A DNA stretch of 64,000 bases from assembly GCF_036321535.1 (NCBI RefSeq), contig NC_087437.1, positions 1,612,001 to 1,676,000 of the forward strand, read 5' to 3'. Made by a program: the position numbers and the translations under genes. The stretch comes from Camelus dromedarius (taxonomy: Eukaryota). Below the pieces are notes generated by a model. That model was not told the DNA's origin and searched no databases. It saw nothing but the letters and a program-made list of their open reading frames with translations. Shown in pieces: positions 25,221 to 38,200 of this stretch (position 1 is its first letter; every line of letters begins with the position of its first letter).

Positions 25221-28200
25221 AAAGTTTCAAAAAGCAACACTTGAATTTGCCACACACACGCAACTGCTTGCATAGCATTGATGTTGCCTTACATACCACG
25301 CGTCACCTAGAGATGATTTAAAGTGCACAGGAGGACACACGAAAGAGAATGTGAAAATGAATGTATGCGTATGTTCGGGTATAACTGAAAAATTGTGCTC
25401 TACACTGGAATCTGACACAACATTGTCAAATGACAATAACTCGGGGGAAAAAATGTTTGTATGTAAAAAGTAAAGTACACGGGAGGGTGCGTGTAATTGT
25501 CTGTAAGCCCTATGTCATTATATGCAAGAGGCATCAGAATCCATGAATGTTGGCATGTGTGGGGAGTCCTGGGACCAGTGCCCCATGGTTACCAAGGGAT
25601 GACTGGAAGCCCAGGCTCCTCGTCCCAGCCTGTCATGTCCCCACGTGGTCTGAACCCTGCCTGTGCCACACTCCCCTGGTCACCCTCCTCCAGCCCTGCC
25701 AGACTGCCCTCTTCTTCTGGAACAGTCCAAGCTCACTGCACTTCATGCCTGACCTCTAGTAATACCCGTTACTTTCTGAGCATGGCTCTGCTTCAGAAAG
25801 GCGGCCTGCATTGCCACTAGAGAAGACAGGATGGGAGTTCCTTAAAAAACTAACATTGGACTTACCGTATGATCCAGCCTTCCCACGCCTGGGGATATGT
25901 GAGGAGAAATCTCTAATTCAAAAAGTCACATGCACCTCAATGCTCACAGCAGCCCTATTTATAACAGCCGGGACGTGGAAAGAAGCCAAACAAACGTCCA
26001 TCGGCTGGCGAGTGGACAAAGGCGCAGTGTCCCATTTATGCCATGGAATACTACTCAGCCATGAAAAAGGATAAACCAGTGACATTTGCGGCCACATGTA
26101 CGGACACAGAGATAGTCATTCTGTGTGAAGGAAGCCAGAAGAGAGAAAAATGCCGTATGATGCCACTTCCATGCGGAATCTAAACAAAAGTCAGAGACAA
26201 AGTTAACGACAAAAGAGGAACAGACCCACAGACATAGAGAAACAAACTTACGGTTACCAGGGAGGGAAGGGGGTGGAAAGGGGAAAATATGGGCATTGGA
26301 GAATTGCCCCTCTTGGGGAGTGATGGAAATGGTAGCTATCTTGATGGTGGTGATGGTTTTCTGGGTGCAGACGTCTATGAAAATTCATCAAATACTACAT
26401 GTGAGATGTGTCTAATTGACGGAACAGAAATCGTGCCACAATAAAGGTGTTTTAAACAAAGAGAGATGGGCTGCATTGTGTCCTATGTTTCTATGTGTCT
26501 TCAGGGAGGCCTCAACAGGGCGGTGCTGGCCTTCCTGCCAACACGATGGCAAGAAGCCCGAACGATCCATCGATGGGAAGAAGATAAGAGCTGTGGTCAC
26601 ATCTGGACCCCAAGCTTAGACATGGTGCGTGGGTGACATTTATCGACAATCCGGCGAGTTTCCAGCCAGAGCTATAGGCCGGGGCAGCAAAGCGGGAGCG
26701 GCACTAAGGAGCATGGTGGCGCAGAGGCTGGACTGGGGGCCCGCAGGCTCCTCCCGGGAGGAGCCTCAAAGTTTGGGAGGTGGCTAACGTGCCTGCTTCG
26801 TGTCACCAGCGAGTGATGCCACCTGTGGGCAATCAGCTGGAATCCTGAGCCGGGTCAGCCCTGGGTAATGCGCTAAGGGCTCCTAGATTAGGGGGCGACA
26901 GACGGACAGTGAACCAAGCAACAGGCTGCTGAGTTTGGGGCCTGTGTTTCTCGTGCTTTCCGTGTCTCACTGCACCTCAGTGTCGCCCGGAGGAATTGCG
27001 GCGGTGTTTCGAGGCTGATGGCCTCTCGGTTCCTCATCAGCCTGGCAAGCCCCCAGCTTTCTCCGGCCAGACCTTGGCAAGCGCCTTCCCTTGTTCTAAC
27101 AAAAGCCTTCCCACCCTCGCCTGCGGGGAGCTTTTGTTTTCTTAATTGATGGGAATGACGATACCTTCCAGCCTCCTCAGGCCTTTCCTTGGTGCTTCTG
27201 CCCTTAGACCCCGGCAAGGGGGCCCTCCCCAACCCCGCTGCCCTGGGTCCTGAACTACAGAGGGACCCTCTGGCCCTGACACTCCCTCTGGCCACGCCCT
27301 CCACGGGATGGATTCAGCAGGGCCAAGGGGACACGCCAAATGACTCCACCCCGTGCTCTGGAAACCCAGGATCACGAATGCCCTGCCCCAGCAGCCCCTG
27401 ACCCACTTCTAGTGTCTGCACCGGCTCTCGCCAGAGCTCAGCTTCCCAGGACTCACACAGAGGCCAACGGTCAGCTGTTGGCATGGAGGGTATGGACAGA
27501 GCCCGGATGTGAGGACTGAGTGTCCCCCTGTGCACCTAAGAGGCCACTTGGGGCATGGGATGGACCCAGCATTGGGAAGAAAACGGTCAGGCTATTGGTC
27601 AGACACTGGGAATCGGCTCTCCCCACACTGTCACTTTCTGTGCGGGACTCCCTTGAGTCTGGGAATTCTAAAGTTGAGCCTGGCCTTCCCTCTTAGAATG
27701 AATGTGTCATTGTAAAGTCAGGAGTTTAGAACCTACCGCGCTTAAAATGTTGACAAATATACGATGGGAACTACCAGATAAGCTCTGGCCCTGCACTTGC
27801 AAAGGACCAGAGCAGTTCTTTTGGCTCTGCTGAGACTGCAAGGGGCAAGACCTTCTCCAGAGTGGAGGGGCTCCTGCTTCATGCTCCGAATTCAGGAGCT
27901 TCTGAGCGGATGAAACAATGGACACTGAGACCCTCGATTGGAAGTTGCTTTAGAATGACGCCAAAGTTGTGTGTGACGTGTGTGTGCGTACGCGCTCGCG
28001 TACACCTGGGGACGTGTGAGGTACGTGACAGTGAATTTGTGTGTGTGTGCGCGCCTGAGGACTTGGGTGGTTGTGTGTTATGTTATGGGTGTGTGTGTGG
28101 CACATGACTCCAAGTGTGTGCGTGGGGATGTATGTGGAGCAGAGCCAGTGTGTCTGCACGTGTGTTTGGATGTAGGTGCATGCAGTAGTTTTAAGAAAAG

Positions 28201-30260
28201 CAGAAGCTGTCCCTTAGGAGTCTGAAGCAGTAAAACTTCTATGGTGTCCCTCACTGTATAATTCAAAATGAAAATAATCTTCAATCACCAGAAATGTACT
28301 CCCCCCACCCCGATTCTCATTTTTTCCCCGATATGGATTCTGTCTTCATTTTACTGATGGGGAAACTAGCTTAGAGTTGTTAAGTGACTCAGTCAAGGGC
28401 ATGGAGCTCGCGAGCCCAGGGCCAGGATGCAGTCCAAGCGGCCCGGCTCCAGAGGCCTGGAAACCTGCTCACGACCGCGCGTGTCCTCTTGGCCGGGGGA
28501 ACAGATTCTGATGGGCAGGGGCTAGCGTGCCGGCTGCCCAAGACACGGACTCTGCAAGTCGGGTGGAGAGTACCAGACAGCAGACGAGGGTAAAGGGCTG
28601 CTCAGAAATCAGTTAGTTTCCTAGATATTCGATAAGTAAGGAGGCTCACTGCTCACCCTCGATCCATTTGCTGGTGGCTAAAAGGGACCAAGGCCCACGA
28701 GAGCGCTTCTGGGAGCTGCTGCCTGCCGAAACCTGGAACAGGACTGCTCAGGACTGGCTCTGCAGCAGGAGCGAAGGGAGGCAATATCGCCACCTGGTGG
28801 ACATCCTGGGTAGTGGCGGTAGGAGGCCTAGCACCCTTGGTATGGAGGTGGCAGGACGAGGTCCTACGGGATGATCGTTTCCACGGGTCTTAAAAATCAT
28901 TGCTTGATATATTTTATCCGCTTTGGGGTTTACTGTAGGATTGTAAATATGGTCTCCGTTACTCCTTCTTAGCTGGATTGATGAATTGTTTTTGAGGTTA
29001 ATTTTCTCTTCAGTGATTTGGAAGCTATATTGCCTTTTAAGGAAAATTCTCTCTGAATGTTTATAAATCATCTCGAAGTTCATAACTCTATATTTAATTC
29101 GACCAGTATTGCTACAAGAGCCTCAAAAACGAAATCATCTATTAGATCTTGTTTCTCAATCATGATACATTTAGCATATTTTACCTCTCTGCTCTTCCCA
29201 ATGGTGCATGTGTGTGAGCGCGTGATCTACACTTACTGCTTTTTAGACAGTTGCTTTAAGTTTGTTACATTCACAATGAAAATATAGGGATAAATAACTT
29301 GGATTTCATTACTCACTACCACTACTTAATCCCATGTCTTTCCCATTTTTGAGTTATTTACTTCTTTCCCAATCAAATGGAGACATGATTGGCTAATTTT
29401 TTTTGAGCGGTGGACTTGGAACCCTTCCCTGTCTATAAGCAGCTTTAGGTTCTTGCCATAACTCGGCTTCATTGAGAAGCATGTTTTTACCGTTTCTCAG
29501 ACGGGCTTCCGCTTTGAAGCACTAAACCGTCTCTGTACTCTTTCTCTCCATGCTTATTCCTGAAAAAGTGAGCTCTCTACCGGAATAAAGATGCTTCCCG
29601 TCAGAGATGTTTGGCTCCCTGTCCCAAGGTCCAGAAGAAGAGAAAAGGAAAGATTCCTGGCTCCGATGCTTCTGTTCTGTCAGCTGAGAGATCTAGTTAT
29701 CCGTGTGGCTGCGGTGGAACCTGCAACAACTTGCCTCATAGTTTCCTTTTTCTGGCTTACTAGGGGAGCCGCATTAACTGAGGTCACGGCGCTCTGGCCC
29801 TTTTCGGGATCCCGGTGCTGAGGCAGCCCCTTCCCCCCACCCCCACTCCTTGTCATTTGGATCGTGCAAACTGGGTGCCAGCCGTGCGAACCCTGCACCT
29901 GGCGGCCAGGATTGCCCCCCCACGTGACGTGTCCCCAGTTCCTCGGCATCCCTCACTGCTACCAGCTAGCTCCAGGAAGGGTGCGAGCTGGCTTCCACTG
30001 CCATCCTTCCTCCTTCCTGTCCAGGCGGGCCCTCCTTTTGCGCTAGTCGGCCCGAAACCTTCTCTCCTGCGCTGCATACGCTGAAGAACTGCCTCAACGT
30101 TTCCGCCGCTAGAGGGCGCTCTTCTCCTCTTTTTGGTCCCCTTCAGCGCTGACAGTGGAAATTGAGCAGGTGGGAAGGGCTTGGGGGTTCTCCGTATCTA
30201 GGAGCTCCCGATCCATCAGATTCAACTAAATGCGGGTTGAAAATATTCGGGAAAAAACAG
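25221..30260 (+). repeat. Macrosatellite unit 6
   Basis: Anchor recurrence, 5040 bp. Confidence 0.97.
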
Positions 30261-33200
30261 AAAGTTTCAAAAAGCAACACTTGAATTTGCCACACACACG
30301 CAACTGCTTGCATAGCATTGATGTTGCCTTACATACCACGCGTCACCTAGAGATGATTTAAAGTGCACAGGAGGACACACGAAAGAGAATGTGAAAATGA
30401 ATGTATGCGTATGTTCGGGTATAACTGAAAAATTGTGCTCTACACTGGAATCTGACACAACATTGTCAAATGACAATAACTCGGGGGAAAAAATGTTTGT
30501 ATGTAAAAAGTAAAGTACACGGGAGGGTGCGTGTAATTGTCTGTAAGCCCTATGTCATTATATGCAAGAGGCATCAGAATCCATGAATGTTGGCATGTGT
30601 GGGGAGTCCTGGGACCAGTGCCCCATGGTTACCAAGGGATGACTGGAAGCCCAGGCTCCTCGTCCCAGCCTGTCATGTCCCCACGTGGTCTGAACCCTGC
30701 CTGTGCCACACTCCCCTGGTCACCCTCCTCCAGCCCTGCCAGACTGCCCTCTTCTTCTGGAACAGTCCAAGCTCACTGCACTTCATGCCTGACCTCTAGT
30801 AATACCCGTTACTTTCTGAGCATGGCTCTGCTTCAGAAAGGCGGCCTGCATTGCCACTAGAGAAGACAGGATGGGAGTTCCTTAAAAAACTAACATTGGA
30901 CTTACCGTATGATCCAGCCTTCCCACGCCTGGGGATATGTGAGGAGAAATCTCTAATTCAAAAAGTCACATGCACCTCAATGCTCACAGCAGCCCTATTT
31001 ATAACAGCCGGGACGTGGAAAGAAGCCAAACAAACGTCCATCGGCTGGCGAGTGGACAAAGGCGCAGTGTCCCATTTATGCCATGGAATACTACTCAGCC
31101 ATGAAAAAGGATAAACCAGTGACATTTGCGGCCACATGTACGGACACAGAGATAGTCATTCTGTGTGAAGGAAGCCAGAAGAGAGAAAAATGCCGTATGA
31201 TGCCACTTCCATGCGGAATCTAAACAAAAGTCAGAGACAAAGTTAACGACAAAAGAGGAACAGACCCACAGACATAAACAAACTTACGGTTACCAGGGCG
31301 AGAAGGGGGTGGAAAGGGGAAATATCGGCATTGGAGAATTGCCCCTCTTGGGGAGTGATGGAAATGGTAGCTATCTTGATGGTGGTGATGGTTTTCTGGG
31401 TGCAGACGTCTATGAAAATTCATCAAATACTACATGTGAGATGTGTCTAATTGACGGAACAGAAATCGTACCACAATAAAGGTGTTTTAAACAAAGAGAG
31501 ATGGGCTGCATTGTGTCCTATGTTTCTATGTGTCTTCAGGGAGGCCTCAACAGGGCGGTGCTGGCCTTCCTGCCAACACGATGGCAAGAAGCCCGAACGA
31601 TCCATCGATGGGAAGAAGATAAGAGCTGTGGTCACATCTGGACCCCAAGCTTAGACATGGTGCGTGGGTGACATTTATCGACAATCCGGCGAGTTTCCGG
31701 CCAGAGCTATAGGCCGGGGCAGCAAAGCGGGAGCGGCACTAAGGAGCATGGTGGCGCAGAGGCTGGACTGGGGGCCCGCAGGCTCCTCCCGGGAGGAGCC
31801 TCAGAGTTTGGGAGGTGGCTAACGTGCCTGCTTCGTGTCACCAGCGAGTGATGCCACCTGTGGGCAATCAGCTGGAATCCTGAGCCGGGTCAGCCCTGGG
31901 TAATGCGCTAAGGGCTCCTAGATTAGGGGGCGACAGACGGACAGTGAACCAAGCAACAGGCTGCTGAGTTTGGGGCCTGTGTTTCTCGTGCTTTCCGTGT
32001 CTCACTGCACCTCAGTGTTGCCCGGAGGAATTGCGGCGGTGTTTCGAGGCTGATGGCCTCTCGGTTCCTCATCAGCCTGGGAAGCCCCCAGCTTTCTCCG
32101 GCCAGACATTGACAAGCGCCTTCCCTTGTTCTAACAAAACCCTTCCCACCCTCGCCTGTGGGGAGCTTTTGTTTTCTTAATTGATGGGAATGACGATTCC
32201 TTCCAGCCTCCTCAGGCCTTTCCTTAGTGCTTCTGCCCTTAGACCCCGGCAAGGGGGCCCTCCCCAACCCCGCTGCCCTGGGTCCTGAACTACAGAGGGT
32301 CCCTCTGGCCCTGACACTCCCTCTGGCCACGCCCTCCACGGGATGGATTCAGCAGGGCCAAGGGGACACGCCAAATGGCTCCACCCCGTGCTCTGGAAAC
32401 CCAGGATCACGAATGCCCTGCCCCAGCAGCCCCTGACCCACTTCTATTGTCTGCACCGGCTCTCGTCAGAGCTCAGCTTCCCAGGACTCACACAGAGGCC
32501 AACGGTCAGCTGTTGGCATGGAGGGTATGGACAGAGCCCGGATGTGAGGACTGAGTGTCCCCCTGTGCACCTAAGAGGCCACTTGGGGCATGGGATGGAC
32601 CCAGCATTGGGAAGAAAACGGTCAGGCTATTGGTCAGACACTGGGAATCGGCTCTCCCCACACTGTCACTTTCTGTGCGGGACTCCCTTGAGTCTGGGAA
32701 TTCTAAAGTTGAGCCTGGCCTTCCCTCTTAGAATGAATGTGTCATTGTAAAGTCAGGAGTTTAGAACCTACCGCGCTTAAAATGTTGACAAATATACGAT
32801 GGGAACTACCAGATAAGCTCTGGCCCTGCACTTGCAAAGGACCAGAGCAGTTCTTTTGGCTCTGCTGAGACTGCAAGGGGCAAGACCTTCTCCAGAGTGG
32901 AGGGGCTCCTGCTTCATGCTCCGAATTCAGGAGCTTCTGAGCGGATGAAACAATGGACACTGAGACCCTCGATTGGAAGTTGCTTTAGAATGACGCCAAA
33001 GTTGTGTGTGACGTGTGTGTGCGTACGCGCTCGCGTACACCTGGGGACGTGTGAGGTACGTGACAGTGAATTTGTGTGTGTGTGCGCGCCTGAGGACTTG
33101 GGTGGTTGTGTGTTATGTTATGGGTGTGTGTGTGGCACATGACTCCAAGTGTGTGCGTGGGGATGTATGTGGAGCAGAGCCAGTGTGTCTGCACGTGTGT

Positions 33201-35296
33201 TTGGATGTAGGTGCATGCAGTAGTTTTAAGAAAAGCAGAAGCTGTCCCTTAGGAGTCTGAAGCAGTAAAACTTCTATGGTGTCCCTCACTGTATAATTCA
33301 AAATGAAAATAATCTTCAATCACCAGAAATGTACTCCCCCCACCCCGATTCTCATTTTTTCCCCGATATGGATTCTGTCTTCATTTTACTGATGGGGAAA
33401 CTAGCTTAGAGTTGTTAAGTGACTCAGTCAAGGGCATGGAGCTCGCCAGCCCAGGGCCAGGATGCAGTCCAAGCGGCCCGGCTCCAGAGGCCTGGAAACC
33501 TGCTCACGACCGCGCGTGTCCTCTTGGCCGGGGAAACAGATTCTGATGGGCTAGGGCCAGCGTGCCGGCTGCCCAAGCCACGGACTCTGCAAGTCGGGTG
33601 GAGAGTACCAGACAGCAGACGAGGGTAAAGGGCTGCTCAGAAATCAGTTAGCTTCCTAGATCTTCGATGAGTAAGGAGGCTCACTGCTCACCCTCGATCC
33701 CTTTGCTGGTGGCTAAAAGGGACCAAGGCCCACGAGAGCGCTTCTGGGAGCTGCTGCCTGCCGAAACCTGGAACAGGACTGCTCAGGACTGGCTCTGCAG
33801 CAGGAGCGAAGGGAGGCAATGTCGCCACCTGGTGGACATCCTGGGTAGTGGCGGTAGGAGGCCTAGCACCCTTGGTATGGAGGTGGCAAGACGAGGTCCT
33901 ACGAGATGATCTTTTCCACGGGTCTTAAAAATCATTGCTTGATATATTTTATCCGCTTTGGGGTTTACTGTAGGATGGTAAATATGGTCTCCGTTACTCC
34001 TTCTTAGCTGGATTGATGAATTGTTTTTGAGGTTAATTTTCTCTTCAGTGATTTGGAAGCTATATTGCCTTTTAAGGAAAATTCTCTCTAAATGTTTATA
34101 AATCATCTCGAAGTTCATAACTCTATATTTAATTCGACTAGTATTGCTACAACAGCCTCATAAACGAAATCATCTATTAGATCTTGTTCCTCAATCATGA
34201 TACATTTAGCATATTTTACCTCTCTGCTCTTCCCAATGGTGCATGTGTGTGAGCGCATGATCTACACTTACTGCTTTTTAGACAGTTGCTTTAAGTTTGT
34301 TACATTCACAATGAAAATATAGGGATAAATAACTTGGATTTCATTACTCACTACCACTACTTAATCCCATGTCTTTCCCATTTTTGAGTTATTTACTTCT
34401 TTCCCAATCAAATGGAGACATGATTGGCTAATTTTTTTTGAGCGGTGGACTTGGAACCCTTCCCTGTCTATAAGCAGCTTTAGGTTCTTGCCATAACTCG
34501 GCTTCATTGAGAAGCATGTTTTTACCGTTTCTCAGACGGGCTTCCGCTTTGAAGCACTAAACCGTCTCTGTACTCTTTCTCTCCATGCTTATTCCTGAAA
34601 AAGTGAGCTCTCTACCGGAATAAAGATGCTTCCCGTCAGAGATGTTTGGCTCCCTGTCCCAAGGTCCAGAAGAAGAGAAAAGGAAAGATTCCTGGCTCCG
34701 ATGCTTCTGTTCTGTCAGCTGAGAGATCTAGTTATCCGTGTGGCTGCGGTGGAACCTGCAACAACTTGCCTCATAGTTTCCTTTTTCTGGCTTACTAGGG
34801 GAGCCGCATTAACTGAGGTCACGGCGCTCTGGCCCTTTTCGGGATCCCGGTGCTGAGGCAGCCCCTTCCCCCCACCCCCACTCCTTGTCATTTGGATCGT
34901 GCAAACTGGGTGCCAGCCGTGCGAACCCTGCACCTGGCGGCCAGGATTGCCCCCCCACGCGACGTGTCCCCAGTTCCTCGGCATCCCTCACTGCTACCAG
35001 CTAGCTCCAGGAAGGGTGCGAGCTGGCTTCCACTGCCGTCCTTCCTCCTTCCTGTCCAGGCGGGCCCTCCTTTTGCGCTAGTCGGCCCGAAACCTTCTCT
35101 CCTGCGCTGCATACGCTGAAGAACTGCCTCAACGTTTCCAGCCGCTAGAGGGCGCTCTTCTCCTCTTTTTGGTCCCCTTCAGCGCTGACAGTGGAAATTG
35201 AGCAGGTGGGAAGGGCTTGGGGGTTCTCCGTATCTAGGGGCTCCCGATCCATCAGATTCAACTAAATGCGGGTTGAAAATATTCGGGAAAAAACAG
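30261..35296 (+). repeat. Macrosatellite unit 7
   Basis: Anchor recurrence, 5036 bp (includes a private 5-bp deletion near 31276). Confidence 0.97.
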
Positions 35297-38200
35297 AAAG
35301 TTTCAAAAAGCAACACTTGAATTTGCCACACACACGCAACTGCTTGCATAGCATTGATGTTGCCTTACATACCACGCGTCACCTAGAGATGATTTAAAGT
35401 GCACAGGAGGACACAGCGAAAGAGAATGTGAAAATGAATGTATGCGTATGTTCGTGTATAACTGAAAAATTGTGCTCTACACTGGAATCTGACACAACAT
35501 TGTCAAATGACAATAACTCGGGGGAAAAAAATGTTTGTATGTAAAAAGTAAAGTACACGGGAGGGTGCGTGTAATTGTCTGTAAGCCCTATGTCATTTTA
35601 TGCAAGAGGCATCAGCATCCATGAATGTTGGCATGTGTGGGGAGTCCTGGGACCAGTGCCCCATGGTTACCAAGGGATGACTGGAAGCCCAGGCTCCTCG
35701 TCCCAGCCTGTCATGTCCCCACGTGGTCTGAACCCTGCCTGTGCCACACTCCCCTGGTCACCCTCCTCCAGCCCTGCCAGACTGCCCTCTTCTTCTGGAA
35801 CAGTCCAAGCTCACTGCACTTCATGCCTGACCTCTAGTAATACCCGTTACTTTCTGAGCATGGCTCTGCTTCAGAAAGGCGGCCTGCATTGCCACTAGAG
35901 AACACAGGATGGGAGTTCCTTAAAAAACTAACATTGGACTTACCGTATGATCCAGCCTTCCCACGCCTGGGGATATGTGAGGAGAAATCTCTAATTCAAA
36001 AAGTCACATGCACCTCAATGTTCACAGCAGCCCTATTTATAACAGCCGGGAGGTGGAAAGAAGCCAAACAAACGTCCATCGGCTGGCGAGTGGACAAAGG
36101 TGCAGTGTCCTATTTATGCCATGGAATACTACTCAGCCATGAAAAAGGATAAACCAGTGACATTTGCGGCCACATGTACGGACACAGAGATAGTCATTCT
36201 GTGTGAAGGAAGCCAGAAGATGGAAAAATGCCATATGATGCCACTTCCATGCGGAATCTAAACAAAAGTCAGAGACGAAGTTAACGACAAAAGAGGAACA
36301 GACCCACAGACATAGAGAAACAAACTTACGGTTACCAGGGAGGGAAGGGGGTGGAAAGGGGAAAATATGGGCATTGGAGAATTGCCCCTCTTGGGGAGTG
36401 ATGGAAATGGTAGCTATCTTGATGGTGGTGATGGTTTTCTGGGTGCAGACGTCTATGAAAATTCATCAAATACTACATGTGAGATGTGTCTAATTGACGG
36501 AACAGAAATCGTACCACAATAAAGGTGTTTTAAACAAAGAGAGATGGGCTGCATTGTGTCCTATGTTTCTATGTGTCTTCAGGGAGGCCTCAACAGGGCG
36601 GTGCTGGCCTTCCTGCCAACACGATGGCAAGAAGCCCGAACGATCCATCGATGGGAAGAAGATAAGAGCTGTGGTCACATCTGGACCCCAAGCTTAGACA
36701 TGGTGCGTGGGTGACATTTATCGACAATCCGGCGAGTTTCCGGCCAGAGCTATAGGCCGGGGCAGCAAAGCGGGAGCGGCACTAAGGAGCATGGTGGCGC
36801 AGAGGCTGGACTGGGGGCCCGCAGGCTCCTCCCGGGAGGAGCCTCAAAGTTTGGGAGGTGGCTAACGTGCCTGCTTCGTGTCACCAGCGAGTGATGCCAC
36901 CTGTGGGCAATCAGCTGGAATCCTGAGCCGGGTCAGCCCTGGGTAATGCGCTAAGGGCTCCTAGATTAGGGGGCGACAGACGGACAGTGAACCAAGCAAC
37001 AGGCTGCTGAGTTTGGGGCCTGTGTTTCTCGTGGTTTCCGTGTATCACTGCACCTCAGTGTCGCCCGGAGGAATTGCGGCGGTGTTTCGAGGCTGATGGC
37101 CTCTCGGTTCCTCATCAGCCTGGCAAGCCCCCAGCTTTCTCCGGCCAGACCTTGGCAAGCGCCTTCCCTTGTTCTAACAAAAGCCTTCCCACCCTCGCCT
37201 GTGGGGAGCTTTTGTTTTCTTAATTGATGGGAATGACGATACCTTCCAGCCTCCTCAGGCCTTTCCTTGGTGCTTCTGCCCTTAGACCCCGGCAAGGGGG
37301 CCCTCCCCAACCCCGCTGCCCTGGGTCCTGAACTACAGAGGGTCCCTCTGGCCCTGACACGCCCTCTGGCCACGCCCTCCACGGGATGGATTCAGCAGGG
37401 CCAAGGGGACACGCCAAATGACTCCACCCCGTGCTCTGGAAACCCAGGATCACGAATGCCCTGCCCCAGCAGCCCCTGACCCACTTCTAGTGTCTGCACC
37501 GGCTCTCGCCAGAGCTCAGCTTCCCAGGACTCACACAGAGGCCAACGGTCAGCTGTTGGCATGGAGGGTATGGACAGAGCCCGGATGTGAGGACTGAGTG
37601 TCCCCCTGTGCACCTAAGAGGCCACTTGGGGCATGGGATGGACCCAGCATTGGGAAGAAAACGGTCAGGCTATTGGTCAGACACTGGGAATCGGCTCTCC
37701 CCACACTGTCACTTTCTGTGCGGGACTCCCTTGAGTCTGGGAATTCTAAAGTTGAGCCTGGCCTTCCCTCTTAGAATGAATGTGTCATTGTAAAGTCAGG
37801 AGTTTAGAACCTACCGCGCTTAAAATGTTGACAAATATACGATGGGAACTACCAGATAAGCTCTGGCCCTGCACTTGCAAAGGACCAGAGCAGTTCTTTT
37901 GGCTCTGCTGAGACTGCAAGGGGCAAGACCTTCTCCAGAGTGGAGGGGCTCCTGCTTCATGCTCCGAATTCAGGAGCTTCTGAGCGGATGAAACAATGGA
38001 CACTGAGACCCTCGATTGGAAGTTGCTTTAGAACGACGCCAAAGTTGTGTGTGACGTGTGTGTGCGTACGCGCTCGCGTACACCTGGGGACGTGTGAGGT
38101 ACGTGACAGTGAATTTGTGTGTGTGTGCGCGCCTGAGGACGTGGGTGGTTGTGTGTTATGTTATGGGTGTGTGTGTGGCACATGACTCCAAGTGTGTGCG

